This document shows, in pieces, positions 27,872-39,276 of a stretch of 64,000 nucleotides of DNA. The position numbers and the translations under genes were made by a program. Every line of letters starts with the position of its first letter. Positions within the stretch are counted from its first letter, which is position 1. The notes under the pieces were generated by a model. The model did not search any database and had not been told where the DNA came from. It saw only the letters and a list, made by a program, of their open reading frames with translations. Origin of the DNA: Escherichia coli (GTDB lineage Bacteria > Pseudomonadota > Gammaproteobacteria > Enterobacterales > Enterobacteriaceae). Location: NCBI RefSeq assembly GCF_016903815.1, contig NZ_CP069973.1, one strand, 5' to 3'.

Positions 27872-28621
27872 TCAGCCTTTGCGGCTCTGCTCTTCATCAA
27901 CCTGGCAACTGTTACCGTTGCAGGTGAAAAAGAGCGGCATCCGAGCGCCATAGTCGTTGACATAGGTCAGTACCGGCACACTCCCCATCTTCACATTCAG
28001 CGGTGCAGAGGTTTTCGGCGACATCACTATTGGCGAGAAACCGGCTGCCGGATTGCCATTTTTCTGTGCGCTGGCATTACTGAAAATGACGTAATACGGC
28101 GTCGGGTTATTGACAGTAAATTCCTGACCGTTGCGGGTTAAGGTCACTTTATGCTGCCACGGGTTTTGCGTGGTGTTTTTTTCCAGAGCTTTCGGTCGCC
28201 AGAAAAGTTTGATACGCGTCTGAAGAGCGATTTGTAGCGTGTTGGATTTGTTCGATTTCGGCGGAATTTCGCGCACGTTGAAATAGAACATCGATTCCCG
28301 ATCGGCAGGTAATTTATGAATATCCGGCAGGCCCTGAATTTTAACCTGGCCATTCATCATTGCTTCAATGCGCTGTACAGGCGGCAATACCGCCAGCGGC
28401 GAGCTGATCTTGACGCCCTTTTCATCTTCAATCCAGCTTTGCGCCAGATAAGGCAGTTTGGGGTCGTTATTACGCAGCGTCACACTGATAGATTTATCGC
28501 TTTCATTAAAAATCAGGCGAGTACGATCGGGCGTTACTGACGCCTGGGTAGAAAAACTTACCGTTGCTGCCAGTAACGACAGTACCGTTGTCAATGTTTT
28601 GGCAGAGAGATATTTAGTCAT
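27872..28621 (-). CDS. yfcS: Periplasmic fimbrial chaperone (PapD-like)
   Basis: 249-aa signal-peptide ORF with PapD-like chaperone features. Confidence 0.85.
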   Translation of the reverse strand: MTKYLSAKTLTTVLSLLAATVSFSTQASVTPDRTRLIFNESDKSISVTLRNNDPKLPYLAQSWIEDEKGVKISSPLAVLPPVQRIEAMMNGQVKIQGLPDIHKLPADRESMFYFNVREIPPKSNKSNTLQIALQTRIKLFWRPKALEKNTTQNPWQHKVTLTRNGQEFTVNNPTPYYVIFSNASAQKNGNPAAGFSPIVMSPKTSAPLNVKMGSVPVLTYVNDYGARMPLFFTCNGNSCQVDEEQSRKG

Positions 28622-28640
28622 GGATCATTCCTTAATCACG

Positions 28641-31292
28641 TTATTGGTTCGATGAAACAGACATCGGCGGTTCCATTGGTGTCACCTGTTGTGTCTGCTC
28701 CTGAATGACGGGTTGAATATCATGCGGTATGACGGGAGAACTTCCCCCCTTTTGCTGGCATGGCAACAACAAGCCATTGAACAGGTCATTCGGTAACGGG
28801 TCTGGCAGGCTGATATCGCAGTGAGATTCACCCTCCCAGAAAACGGTCATATGTTCACCCGGTTTAACGCCTGCCAGATAAACATTACCTTCGTCATCAA
28901 CCAACCCTACTTGTTGTTGATTATCGTTTTTCACTTCCGCCCCAAATGGCGGATGGCTGCCATCCTGCAAGCGCAGCACTGCCATCGCCTTCTCACCGCT
29001 GATTACCGCAAATTTACGGTAGCCAATAGCGCCTTCCGTCAGCGTTGCCTGAACCACTGATTTTGTAGCTTCAGCGTTTTCCGGCAGTTTGTTCAAATCG
29101 ATATAAGCCTGGTTGCGGTAGTAATCATTAACATCTGCCACCACCGCTTTGCCGAACATGTTGGTATAAACGGCGGAACCATTACCTTCAACCGGCACAT
29201 TAGCAACGCCATCAGCGTCGATTAACAGACGTGTACCGCCCATGTTTTGTGTACGATGCAGTGCCCCGCCATGAGCGGTCAGCGTTGCCCCGCCCTGTAA
29301 AGAGATCCCTGCTGAGGTGTATTGCCCTTCATGGTAGTTGGCACTGAGATCCACTTTTGCCAGAGTACCATCGTGGCTGTAGTAGCCATCCACGCTGCTG
29401 TGGTTTTCGCTGGTTCCGGCGCTTAACGTGTAGTGGCTGGCGTCATCAATGCGGTGATACAGACTCACCTGATTGCTGTCGGCACCGCTGCCATAGTTGC
29501 CGTTGTAACTGATGGTGCTGTTGTCGCCCCACGGCAAACTTAAGGACAGATAAACACCCTTGTCAGCACTTTTATCGTATTCGTAGCGATAACCGGTCAG
29601 AGAAACGCTCAGGTTGCGAAGGCTTCCTAAATTAAAATAATGAGAAAGCATCATGTTGTAGTTGGTCTGATCCTGGCGATCCCAGTAGGTATGGTGGGAA
29701 TAGTTGAGATAGACCGAAACGCGCGCATCCGTGAAGTTCTGGTTATAGGTGACCGTATACATCTCTTTGTCGTTACCGGTGCGCGCCCGGTCGTCGTCGT
29801 TCGCATCCAGATACTCGCTCATGGTCATGTAGTTTTTTTCAGAGAAGCGGTATCCAGCAAACGTCACCCGACTGTTGAGTTCATCAAAATCTTTGGCATA
29901 GCTGACGCGATAAGAGTTGCCGTCCAGCGTTTTGTTGCCATACACGCTGTTATCGTCGAGTTGAACACGAGAGTGAGTGACATCAAACGCTAACGCGCCT
30001 AGCAGCGCCAGGTCACGACCGAGGCCCAGCGCCGCCGACTGGTAGTTTTCATCGGCTAACGCACCGCCGTAGAGCGACCAGCCATTGGCAATCCCCCAGG
30101 ATGCCTCGCCGCCCGAGAAGAAGCTACCTGCAACCTGATGGTCCCAGTTTTGTGGACGCCCCATTGTCACTTTGTAACGCACCTGGCCGGGGCGAGTCAG
30201 GAACGGCATGGACGCCGTGCTGACGTCGTATTCCTGTACCTGGCCGTTTTGTTCTTCAATGCGGACATGCAGCGTGCCAGAGACGGAATCGCCAATATCC
30301 TGGATGCGGAATGGACCTGCGGGTACCTGGGTTTCGTAAATGACACGGCCCATTTGGGTTACGGTCACTTTAGCGGTAGTGTGTGCAACACCTGAAATAT
30401 CGGGGGCGTAGCCGCGCAGGTTTGGCGGTAACATTTGATCATCGGTACTGATGCTGCCGCCAATGTAACTGAAGCCATCAAAAATATCGGAGTTGAGATA
30501 ATCTTCGCCCAGCGAAAGTTTGGCTTTTAATGACGGCAAGGCGCGCCAGGCGTAGTAACGACTCCACTCCCAGTTTTTTTGCGTACCGCTATCGTCAGTG
30601 TCGCCGTCATCGTTACTGCGGGTATGCTGATAATCGCTCTGCCAGTCAGCTCGTAAGCGCCACGGCCCAACGTTAACGCCGACCGTACCATTACCGCAGA
30701 TGTCGTTAGTGTCATCACCCCCATTTTCATGCCGGGTTTGCGCGTTGATACTGTAATCGGCAATAAGCCCAGGGATACCGTCATCCCAGCGCGAAGGCGG
30801 ATCCCACTCGCTGTCGGTATATTCCAGATAAGCCTGCGGTACAGAAACAAGGAGTGCAGACTGGCCTAAATCGCCGCTAATTTCTGTACCTGCTAAAAGT
30901 GCCGTATTCAGACACTGACCATCGCGGATCCATTGCAAATTCTTTGCAATATCTTCCTTCAGACCAAACTGGGCAACCAGCTCTGGCGATAAGCAGGCAT
31001 ATGATTTATTCGGATCGTTTTCAGTTGCGTACCAGTAGATATCGTAGTCGTCAGGTAACGGCTGATTATTTACATGAACGCGTAAGTTATATTTTCCCGG
31101 TTCTACATAGCCTTTTTGCGAAAAACGGCCCAAATCAATTTTGGTATTGCCTTTTAAATCAAGAAATCGGCCATCAAACTGAATGGTATCGTCTGCCAGG
31201 GCATTAAATGGACTTCCAGAAATTGCCAGAGCAATCCACCACGAAAGCCCCCGTAAACGGAGAAAAGAATGTTCTGGCATCGGCGTATCCAT
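28641..31292 (-). CDS. yfcU: Fimbrial outer-membrane usher, intact
   Basis: Single uninterrupted 883-aa usher ORF with signal peptide; corresponds to the K-12 locus where the usher is split into pseudogene fragments. Confidence 0.85.
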   Translation of the reverse strand: MDTPMPEHSFLRLRGLSWWIALAISGSPFNALADDTIQFDGRFLDLKGNTKIDLGRFSQKGYVEPGKYNLRVHVNNQPLPDDYDIYWYATENDPNKSYACLSPELVAQFGLKEDIAKNLQWIRDGQCLNTALLAGTEISGDLGQSALLVSVPQAYLEYTDSEWDPPSRWDDGIPGLIADYSINAQTRHENGGDDTNDICGNGTVGVNVGPWRLRADWQSDYQHTRSNDDGDTDDSGTQKNWEWSRYYAWRALPSLKAKLSLGEDYLNSDIFDGFSYIGGSISTDDQMLPPNLRGYAPDISGVAHTTAKVTVTQMGRVIYETQVPAGPFRIQDIGDSVSGTLHVRIEEQNGQVQEYDVSTASMPFLTRPGQVRYKVTMGRPQNWDHQVAGSFFSGGEASWGIANGWSLYGGALADENYQSAALGLGRDLALLGALAFDVTHSRVQLDDNSVYGNKTLDGNSYRVSYAKDFDELNSRVTFAGYRFSEKNYMTMSEYLDANDDDRARTGNDKEMYTVTYNQNFTDARVSVYLNYSHHTYWDRQDQTNYNMMLSHYFNLGSLRNLSVSLTGYRYEYDKSADKGVYLSLSLPWGDNSTISYNGNYGSGADSNQVSLYHRIDDASHYTLSAGTSENHSSVDGYYSHDGTLAKVDLSANYHEGQYTSAGISLQGGATLTAHGGALHRTQNMGGTRLLIDADGVANVPVEGNGSAVYTNMFGKAVVADVNDYYRNQAYIDLNKLPENAEATKSVVQATLTEGAIGYRKFAVISGEKAMAVLRLQDGSHPPFGAEVKNDNQQQVGLVDDEGNVYLAGVKPGEHMTVFWEGESHCDISLPDPLPNDLFNGLLLPCQQKGGSSPVIPHDIQPVIQEQTQQVTPMEPPMSVSSNQ

Positions 31293-31363
31293 CCATGATT
31301 TTTTATAATTTAGTTATTTGGTAGTTATAAACCCCATAACTTTGCAGCTATGGGGGAAATACA

Positions 31364-31930
31364 TTAGAGATACGTGATCTGGAACGTCGTCAGCGTTTCA
31401 AACGGTGCCGGTGTTGGTGTTACAGCATCCGTTTCACCCACTAACCATGCTTTAAAGTTCAGAGTTTGTTTAGGCTTGCCTTTTCCCGTTGAACTGTCCT
31501 TCACGATAGGTTGCTTAATCTCTGCTCCCAGTGCATAACCTGTACCGTGCTGGTCACCGATAACCAGGCTAACGTTTGGAATTTCAGTTCCATTATCCAT
31601 GTTAGACAGAGAATAGTTATCTGCGTTAGTGGAGTACGGATTACCGGTGAATGTGGTAGCCATTGTCGTTTCTGTATTGAAATTACAGTCCTGTAAACGA
31701 ATCTGGAAATCTTTTGGTGTGGTTGTTTTGCCGCCGGTTAAAGAACCCGTACCGATGCTGCCCATATCCACTTCCAGTTTATGATCGTCAGGAACAATTG
31801 AGCACGGGGAGTCTTCAATTGTGCCGTAAAATCTCACTGTACCGTTGTTCCCTGCGGCAACGACTGATGCTGAAGTCAGCGCCCCCATGAGCATTGCCGT
31901 GGCAACTGCTGCTTTTACAAACTTACTCAT
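31364..31930 (-). CDS. yfcV: Major fimbrial subunit
   Basis: 188-aa signal-peptide ORF ending ...FQITYL; first gene of the yfc operon. Confidence 0.85.
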   Translation of the reverse strand: MSKFVKAAVATAMLMGALTSASVVAAGNNGTVRFYGTIEDSPCSIVPDDHKLEVDMGSIGTGSLTGGKTTTPKDFQIRLQDCNFNTETTMATTFTGNPYSTNADNYSLSNMDNGTEIPNVSLVIGDQHGTGYALGAEIKQPIVKDSSTGKGKPKQTLNFKAWLVGETDAVTPTPAPFETLTTFQITYL

Positions 31931-32540
31931 TATTTGTCCTTAAATCATAAATAATTAGAATATAAGCCAACTGAAATATTGACGTAGAGCTTCTTCAATT
32001 TTTACAGCGACTTTTAAGCAGCCAATGAACAGATTTTCAGCTCCTGAAAAAACAGGTTCCTTGATATAATATTCTTTGGCGTGCCGAACATGTTGATATT
32101 TTAATATGACTGATGCAATTTAAATTTTCTAACATTCAAAGTTAGAAATACTTAATTAATGGACGGGGATAATAATTACTGAAATTTTTCATCTCAGTTA
32201 TGAAGAATGAGTTCAAAAAAACGGCAAATGCAAAAACTCAGTGAATAAATCAAAGTCAAAAACAATCACATGGCAATGACTATCTTGTGATATTAATTTC
32301 GCAACGATATAATATTAAAACACTATAATTAATATAAAATCAAGACCCAATAATATTTTTCACTTTAGTCATTATTTACCTAAAAATGCTTCCAGAAAAA
32401 TAATTTATGAATAAAAGTAAATTCTCTTTCAATATGTAAATTTTTACAAATAAAAGCGTCATGCCGTATAAAATAAAGACCATTCGATCACAAGCGGATC
32501 ATTGTTAGTACAATAAGATTGCATAAATTCAACATTGCCA

Positions 32541-32580
32541 GAAAAAAATAAAGGCCCGATAGATTACACCAGCGGGCCTT
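32541..32580 (-). terminator. Rho-independent terminator downstream of sixA
   Basis: Stem aaggcccg (32551-58) / cgggcctt (32573-80); on the minus strand it is followed by UUUAUUUUUUU. Confidence 0.7.
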
Positions 32581-32591
32581 GTGCATGCGTA

Positions 32592-33077
32592 TTAAATCGC
32601 TTTTGCCATCTTCAGATTACACGGGCTCATCTGCCAGTTGAATGTGCCGTTTCCGCTTTCATCAAGCGTTACGCTGGCAATGGCCGAGGTGGTAAACATA
32701 GGCGGCGTTTCGCCCGGACATAACTCAGCAACCAGATACCCGACTAAGGGTAAGTGGGAGATCACCAGTACCGAAGCAACACCTTCATTGGTCAACGCCT
32801 GTAAATAGGCACTGACCAGACCAACATCGCCGCAGGGCGTTAACTCCGGCAGAACTTCTGCACTGGAAGGCAGGTTCAGACAATCCCCTACTTCTTCCAG
32901 TGTTTGCTCGGCTCGCAGGAACGGGCTCACCAGAACGCGTTCGATTTCCACTTTTTGACCTTTCAGCCAGTTCGCCATCAGGCGAGATTCGTCACAACCG
33001 TTAGTAGTCAGAGGACGAACCGAATCACTGGCGGCATCGAGGGCTGCGTCGCCGTGACGCATGATAAAAACTTGCAT
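32592..33077 (-). CDS. sixA: Phosphohistidine phosphatase SixA
   Basis: 161-aa ORF starting MQVFIMRHGDA (RHG catalytic motif). Confidence 0.92.
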   Translation of the reverse strand: MQVFIMRHGDAALDAASDSVRPLTTNGCDESRLMANWLKGQKVEIERVLVSPFLRAEQTLEEVGDCLNLPSSAEVLPELTPCGDVGLVSAYLQALTNEGVASVLVISHLPLVGYLVAELCPGETPPMFTTSAIASVTLDESGNGTFNWQMSPCNLKMAKAI

Positions 33078-33279
33078 ATTGCACCGCTTTTGTTAACCAG
33101 ATTCGCCCGTTTTCTTTCATCTGAAACCAGAGAAAGAAAACGGTGGCCGGCATTGTGCCTTATCCATTCACCGAATGAAACGCTGTTTTTTACCTCAATG
33201 GCGTAAGTATAGTCAATATGCGTTTACATTTTGAGCAACACTCCGCCATTCAGCGCGGATTCATATAGCTTTGACCTTC

Positions 33280-35424
33280 TTATTGCAGGTCAGTTGCAGT
33301 TGTTTTCCAAAAACTTTCCCCACGCTTGCTCATCTCGACTAAACGCTCGCAAGGGGTAAAACGGGAACCATACTGCGTGGCCAGTCGTTGCATTATTGCA
33401 ACCACTTCACCCGCACCGAGAGAATCGATGTAGCGGAACGGACCACCGAGAAATGGCGGAAAACCAATGCCAAATACCGCGCCAATATCTCCGTCACGCA
33501 CGCTACGGATAACCTGCTCGTCCAGACAACGTACTGCTTCATTCAGCATCAACATCACACACCGTTCAGCTACCTGCGGTGCGGAGAGTCGCCCCTGCCC
33601 TTGTGTGCCAATCAGCGGGTAAATGGCGGGATCGACCTGTTTTTTGCTTTTACGCCCTTTCTGACCATAAAGATAGAAACCCCGACCATTTTTTCTGCCT
33701 TTGCGATCGTCGTTCAAAATTGAAGAAACAACATTTGCAGGCGCGCTAAAACGTTCTCCATAAGCGGCTTCCAGTACAGGAATAATTTTAGTCCCGGTGT
33801 CGATTCCTACCTCATCCAAAAGTTGGATTGGGCCTACCGGAAAACCAAATTTCACCAGCGCGGCATCAATGTGCTCTACCCGTTCACCTTCGGTCAACAT
33901 GCGGATAGCTTCATTAATGTAAGGCGCTAAAATGCGATTGACGTAAAACCCGGCTTTGTCACGCACGACAATGGGCGTTTTACCCTGTTTTTTCGCCAGT
34001 TTTACTGTGGTAGCGATGGTTTGCGCCGATGTCCCCGCATGAGGAATAATCTCCACCAGCGGCATTTTTTCCACCGGACTGAAGAAATGCAGGCCAATAA
34101 CTTGCTCAGGTCGCGTAGCGTGAGCGGCGATATCACCAATCGGTAAAGATGACGTATTCGAAGCAAAGATGGTATGAGCGGCGCAATTTTGCTCAACTTC
34201 CGCCACCATTTGTTGTTTTAATTCGAGATTTTCAAACACCGCTTCAATAATCAGATCGCGATGGGCAAAGCCGCGATAGTCCGTCGTTCCGGAGATTAAT
34301 GCCAGCTGTCTGTCACGTTCGCTGGCTTTGAGATGACGACGGCGAACTTTGCCCTCCAGCTGATCCCAACTGTACTTCAGCGCATGATTTATGCCCTGCG
34401 GGTTGATATCTTTAATTCTGACCGGAAGCCCCGCTTTACAAGCAGTGACGTAAGCAATACCGCCGCCCATCAAGCCACCACCTAAAATTCCCACGCTGTT
34501 TAATGGCGCAGGCGGCGCATCACTGCCAGGATCTTTCTTCACTTCCGTACTGGCAAAAAAGATACTACGCAGCGCCTGCGATTGCGGCGTCATCGCCAGT
34601 TCGCCAAAAGCACGGGCTTCAGCGTCATAGCCGCTACTGGTGCCTTGCGCTAATCCCGTTTCGACAACCTCCAGGATGCGTTCTGTCGCCGGATAGTTAC
34701 CCTGAGTTTTGTGTTCTGTTTTCTTGCCGACCATTTTGAACAGCAGCGCACGACCTAACGGCCCCGCCAGAATACGCTCGCGTACAGGTAGAGGGCGTGA
34801 AGATGGACGATCCTGCTTTGCCAGCTCAACAGCGGCTTCCAGTAAAATGGATTGCGGAACGACGTCATCCACCAGCCCCAGCTTTAATGCCTGTTTCGCC
34901 CGAAGTTGTTTTCCGGTGAGGATCATCTCTAATGCTGTGCTGACGCCTATCAGACGCGGTAAACGCTGGGTGCCGCCTGAACCGGGTAATAATCCAAGTT
35001 GTACTTCAGGCAAACCGAGCACCGTTTTAGGATCGTCAGTACACATGCGACCGTGGCACGCCAGCGCCAACTCCAGCCCACCGCCCAGGCAAGCGCCATG
35101 AATAGCCGCGATAACCGGAACGGGCAAAGCATGAATCTCCGCCATTAACTGTTGACCCTGCCGCGCCAGTGCTTCCGCTTCTTGCGCCGTTTTGCAGTTG
35201 GCGATCATGTTGATGTCTGCGCCAGCAATGAAGTTGTCTGGTTTCGCGGAGATAAACACCACGCCGCGCAACTCTTTGTTTTCACGGAGTTGCTTAATAA
35301 TGGCGCGCACCTGCGAGGCAAACTCCGCCTTCAGGGTATTCATTTTCTCACCCGGTACGTCGATGGTGATAACAGCAATGTTGTCCAGACGGACATTAAG
35401 GGTAAACGCTGATGCCATTTCCAT
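33280..35424 (-). CDS. fadJ: Fatty acid oxidation complex alpha subunit (anaerobic)
   Basis: 714-aa enoyl-CoA hydratase / 3-hydroxyacyl-CoA dehydrogenase fusion ORF. Confidence 0.93.
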   Translation of the reverse strand: MEMASAFTLNVRLDNIAVITIDVPGEKMNTLKAEFASQVRAIIKQLRENKELRGVVFISAKPDNFIAGADINMIANCKTAQEAEALARQGQQLMAEIHALPVPVIAAIHGACLGGGLELALACHGRMCTDDPKTVLGLPEVQLGLLPGSGGTQRLPRLIGVSTALEMILTGKQLRAKQALKLGLVDDVVPQSILLEAAVELAKQDRPSSRPLPVRERILAGPLGRALLFKMVGKKTEHKTQGNYPATERILEVVETGLAQGTSSGYDAEARAFGELAMTPQSQALRSIFFASTEVKKDPGSDAPPAPLNSVGILGGGLMGGGIAYVTACKAGLPVRIKDINPQGINHALKYSWDQLEGKVRRRHLKASERDRQLALISGTTDYRGFAHRDLIIEAVFENLELKQQMVAEVEQNCAAHTIFASNTSSLPIGDIAAHATRPEQVIGLHFFSPVEKMPLVEIIPHAGTSAQTIATTVKLAKKQGKTPIVVRDKAGFYVNRILAPYINEAIRMLTEGERVEHIDAALVKFGFPVGPIQLLDEVGIDTGTKIIPVLEAAYGERFSAPANVVSSILNDDRKGRKNGRGFYLYGQKGRKSKKQVDPAIYPLIGTQGQGRLSAPQVAERCVMLMLNEAVRCLDEQVIRSVRDGDIGAVFGIGFPPFLGGPFRYIDSLGAGEVVAIMQRLATQYGSRFTPCERLVEMSKRGESFWKTTATDLQ

Positions 35425-36734
35425 TATTCCGCCTCCACAACCATTGCCGCGCCAAGCCCACCCGCAGCACAGGCGGTCACTAATCCAAATCCACCGCCGC
35501 GACGCCGAAGTTCATGCAATGTCTGGGTAATCATCCGCGCGCCGGTCGCCGCGAAGGGATGCCCGTAAGCAATCGAACCGCCAAGCACGTTAAATTTGCT
35601 ATCGTCCACTTCGCCAGTGGCATGTGCACGCCCCAGTACATCACGAGCAAAACGTTCGCTACCCAGCAACTGAATATTCGCCAGTGTCTGAGCTGCAAAG
35701 GCTTCGTGCATATCGATCAATGTCAGATCGCTCATTGTCAAACCGGCACGTTCCAGCGCCAGCGGCGTTGACCAGGCCGGACCGAGCAACATGTCCTGCC
35801 AGACATCTATCGCAGTAAATGCGTAACTGCGCAGATACCCCAGCGGTACCAGCCCTAATTCTTTCGCCCGGGATTCAGTCATCAGGATCACCGCTGCCGC
35901 GCCATCGGTCAGCGGCGTACTGTTTGCCGCCGTTACCGTTCCGTGTTTGCGATCAAACGCCGGGCGCAGCTTTGCGTAATCGGCAAGCGAGGAATTACCG
36001 CGAATATTGTTGTCTTCGACAAGCGGTTGTTTATAAGGAGGGATAAAGGCAGTCATCACCTCTTCTTTGAGTTTACCGTCTGACCACGCCTGAGCGGCTC
36101 GCTGATGCGAACGGTGCGCTAATGCATCTTGCTGTTCGCGAGTAATACCGTAGGTTTTCGCCATTTGTTCAGCGGTGTCGCCCATCCGTAAGCCAGTAGA
36201 GTATTCCGCCACTGCCGGAGGCACCGGCATTAAGTCGCGCAAACGCAGGCGAGAGAAGAGTTTCAGGCGCTGGCTCATGGTTCGAGCTTTGTTGACATCA
36301 ACCAGCACGCGCGCCAGTTTTTTACTGACGCCAATTGGCAATACGGAAGAGGAATCGGCCCCACCGGCAATCCCCGCGCGAATAGTTCCCGCCATCAGGC
36401 TTTCTGCGACGTTTGCAATCGCCTGGAAACTGGTAGCGCAAGCGCGGCTGACGCTGTAAGCATCGGTATGCACATTCATTCCGGTGCCGAGAACAATTTC
36501 ACGCGCAATGTTGGGGGCTTCCGGCATTTGTACGACCTGACCAAAAACCAGTTGTTCAATCACTTCGGCGGGGATCTCGCTGCGTGCCAGCAGTTCGCCT
36601 ACCACCATCTTCCCTAAATCAACCGCGGGAATGCCATGAAAAGCCGTCGCCTGGCGGGCAAAAGGCGTACGTAAACCGCTAACAATGGCGATACGATCGC
36701 CCTGGCGGGTAACCAGCGGTAAAACCTGACCCAT
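35424..36734 (-). CDS. fadI: 3-ketoacyl-CoA thiolase (anaerobic)
   Basis: 436-aa thiolase ORF overlapping the fadJ start. Confidence 0.93.
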   Translation of the reverse strand: MGQVLPLVTRQGDRIAIVSGLRTPFARQATAFHGIPAVDLGKMVVGELLARSEIPAEVIEQLVFGQVVQMPEAPNIAREIVLGTGMNVHTDAYSVSRACATSFQAIANVAESLMAGTIRAGIAGGADSSSVLPIGVSKKLARVLVDVNKARTMSQRLKLFSRLRLRDLMPVPPAVAEYSTGLRMGDTAEQMAKTYGITREQQDALAHRSHQRAAQAWSDGKLKEEVMTAFIPPYKQPLVEDNNIRGNSSLADYAKLRPAFDRKHGTVTAANSTPLTDGAAAVILMTESRAKELGLVPLGYLRSYAFTAIDVWQDMLLGPAWSTPLALERAGLTMSDLTLIDMHEAFAAQTLANIQLLGSERFARDVLGRAHATGEVDDSKFNVLGGSIAYGHPFAATGARMITQTLHELRRRGGGFGLVTACAAGGLGAAMVVEAE

Positions 36735-36760
36735 AACACTCCCCTGTAAAATAATAAATA

Positions 36761-36777
36761 AAGTGGTCTGACCTGAT
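36761..36777 (-). promoter_or_regulatory. Putative FadR operator in the fadIJ promoter
   Basis: Minus-strand ATCAGGTCAGACCACTT fits the FadR consensus ANCTGGTCNGACNTNTT, about 30-45 bp upstream of the fadI start. Confidence 0.6.
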
Positions 36778-36860
36778 CATAGTCTTAACTATTTTTTTAC
36801 ATTTAGCCAAGTGGAGAAAAGGGAAAGTGGGAGCTATGACACAGAGAGAAAAGTAGAAGA

Positions 36861-36897
36861 GAAAATAAAACGCCCCTGCCAACAACTGACAGGGGCG
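36861..36897 (-). terminator. Rho-independent terminator downstream of yfcZ
   Basis: Stem cgcccctg/caggggcg followed on the minus strand by UUUUAUUUUC. Confidence 0.7.
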
Positions 36898-36914
36898 TAC
36901 GTACCCGAGAGGAA

Positions 36915-37199
36915 TTAACGCAGACCCAGCTGGAAGATCAGCATTTCAGCTTCGCAGGCAAAAGTGAAATCGATATCCAGGCGCACACCGTCAGACTCTT
37001 CAGTGAAAGTCGGGGTGATTTTGCACGGTTCGGATTCCACGCTACGGGCTTTTTCAGTCAGCGCCGCCAGCGTTTGTTCTGCTTCTGCGCGGTTTGCAAA
37101 CACGCGGCTGTAAGACGCGGTGCAGTCGGAGTTGTCCATAATGGTGCCAACATCCATACAGCAGCAAACCGGGGTTTCATCAGCACTACATTTACTCAT
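36915..37199 (-). CDS. yfcZ: UPF0381 family protein YfcZ
   Basis: Start set at ATG 37197-37199 (MSKCSADETPVCCC), verified in sequence; conserved neighbour of fadL. Confidence 0.85.
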   Translation of the reverse strand: MSKCSADETPVCCCMDVGTIMDNSDCTASYSRVFANRAEAEQTLAALTEKARSVESEPCKITPTFTEESDGVRLDIDFTFACEAEMLIFQLGLR

Positions 37200-37444
37200 C
37201 GTTGATTTCCTCTGTATGTGCACCCAAGGTGCCAGATAAACGTTGTGGATATTTTACGCTTCCGGAAAGTGCTGCTCCAGTTGTTAATTCTGCAAAATCG
37301 GATAAGTGACCGAAATCACACTTAAAAATGATCTAAAACAAAATTCACCCGAATCCATGAGTGCGCCACCTCCAAATTTTGCCAGCTGGATCGCGTTTCT
37401 TAGATCATATTTGAAAAAAGATAGAAACATACTTGCAACATTCC

Positions 37445-37485
37445 AGCTGGTCCGACCTATACTCTCGCCACTGGTCTGATTTCTA
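37445..37485 (+). promoter_or_regulatory. Two FadR operators in the fadL promoter
   Basis: AGCTGGTCCGACCTATA (37445-37461) and CACTGGTCTGATTTCTA (37469-37485) both fit the FadR consensus, about 90-125 bp upstream of fadL. Confidence 0.7.
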
Positions 37486-37570
37486 AGATGTACCTCAGAC
37501 CCTACACTTCGCGCTCCTGTTACAGCACGTAACATAGTTTGTATAAAAATAAATCATTGAGGTTATGGTC

Positions 37571-38911
37571 ATGAGCCAGAAAACCCTGTTTACAAAGTCT
37601 GCTCTCGCAGTCGCAGTGGCACTTATCTCCACCCAGGCCTGGTCGGCAGGCTTTCAGTTAAACGAATTTTCTTCCTCTGGCCTGGGCCGGGCTTATTCAG
37701 GGGAAGGTGCAATTGCCGATGATGCAGGTAACGTTAGCCGTAACCCCGCATTGATTACCATGTTTGACCGCCCGACATTTTCTGCGGGTGCGGTTTATAT
37801 TGATCCGGATGTAAATATCAGCGGAACGTCTCCATCTGATCGTAGCCTGAAAGCCGATAACATCGCGCCTACGGCATGGGTTCCGAACATGCACTTTGTT
37901 GCACCGATTAACGACCAATTTGGTTGGGGCGCTTCTATTACCTCTAACTATGGCCTGGCAACAGAGTTTAACGATACTTATGCAGGCGGCTCTGTCGGGG
38001 GTACAACCGACCTTGAAACCATGAACCTGAACTTAAGCGGTGCGTATCGCTTAAATAATGCATGGAGCTTTGGTCTTGGTTTCAACGCCGTCTACGCTCG
38101 CGCGAAGATTGAACGTTTCGCAGGCGATCTGGGGCAGCTGGTTGCCGGTCAGATCATGCAATCTCCTGCCGGGAAGACTCCTCAAGGGCAAGCATTGGCA
38201 GCTACCGCCAACGGTATCGACAGTAATACCAAAATCGCTCATCTGAACGGTAACCAGTGGGGCTTTGGCTGGAACGCCGGTATCCTGTATGAACTGGATA
38301 AAAATAACCGCTATGCACTGACCTACCGTTCTGAAGTGAAAATTGACTTCAAAGGTAACTACAGCAGCGATCTTAATCGTGCGTTTAATAACTACGGTTT
38401 ACCAATACCTACCGCGACAGGTGGCGCAACGCAATCGGGTTATCTGACGCTGAACCTGCCTGAAATGTGGGAAGTGTCGGGTTATAACCGTGTTGATCCG
38501 CAGTGGGCGATTCACTATAGCCTGGCTTACACCAGCTGGAGTCAGTTCCAGCAGCTGAAAGCGACCTCAACGAGTGGCGACACGCTGTTCCAGAAACATG
38601 AAGGCTTTAAAGATGCTTACCGCATCGCGTTGGGAACCACTTATTACTACGATGATAACTGGACCTTCCGTACCGGTATCGCCTTTGATGACAGCCCAGT
38701 TCCGGCACAGAATCGTTCTATCTCCATTCCGGACCAGGACCGTTTCTGGCTGAGTGCAGGTACGACTTACGCATTTAATAAAGATGCTTCAGTCGATGTT
38801 GGTGTTTCTTATATGCACGGTCAGAGCGTGAAAATTAACGAAGGCCCATACCAGTTCGAGTCTGAAGGTAAAGCCTGGCTGTTCGGTACTAACTTTAACT
38901 ACGCGTTCTGA
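37571..38911 (+). CDS. fadL: Long-chain fatty acid outer membrane transporter
   Basis: Starts [25 protein letters not shown] (signal peptide) and ends with beta-barrel C-terminal ...NFNYAF. Confidence 0.95.
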   Translation: MSQKTLFTKSALAVAVALISTQAWSAGFQLNEFSSSGLGRAYSGEGAIADDAGNVSRNPALITMFDRPTFSAGAVYIDPDVNISGTSPSDRSLKADNIAPTAWVPNMHFVAPINDQFGWGASITSNYGLATEFNDTYAGGSVGGTTDLETMNLNLSGAYRLNNAWSFGLGFNAVYARAKIERFAGDLGQLVAGQIMQSPAGKTPQGQALAATANGIDSNTKIAHLNGNQWGFGWNAGILYELDKNNRYALTYRSEVKIDFKGNYSSDLNRAFNNYGLPIPTATGGATQSGYLTLNLPEMWEVSGYNRVDPQWAIHYSLAYTSWSQFQQLKATSTSGDTLFQKHEGFKDAYRIALGTTYYYDDNWTFRTGIAFDDSPVPAQNRSISIPDQDRFWLSAGTTYAFNKDASVDVGVSYMHGQSVKINEGPYQFESEGKAWLFGTNFNYAF

Positions 38912-39276
38912 TAACGCGTTCGCCTGGATAAAGTCACCAGCTATGCAGGTGACTTTAACTCCCCCACTTCACCGAAAGTAGTTTCCTCATTGCTTGCCTC
39001 CTGAGTTTTGCAAACAGCCTGATGGCAGCTTGCCCTTTCAAATCAGTAAGTGGTATCCACAGACAAACCTGAAGGGAAACGCATATTTTCAGGCGTTCTG
39101 CTCGTCCTTCTCAAAGAGTTTACTTTTCTGCATTTCCAGGATACTCAACCTCCCTGGCTATTGTGCGCTCATACACTCAAATTAAAGATAGGCTCTAAAT
39201 AAATGAGCGTTTTTTGATAGTCTATTTTATTAGGTAATATATATTTGTAACAAATCAATCAACATGGAATAAAATC

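Noticed and set aside
38929-38956. Hairpin aaagtcacc...ggtgacttt downstream of fadL as a rho-independent terminator
   Set aside because: The stem is present but not followed by a T-rich tract on the fadL strand, so evidence is too weak to call
38994-39185. 63-aa ORF in the fadL-yfdF intergenic region
   Set aside because: No convincing RBS, low-complexity product, and it lies in a likely terminator/promoter region
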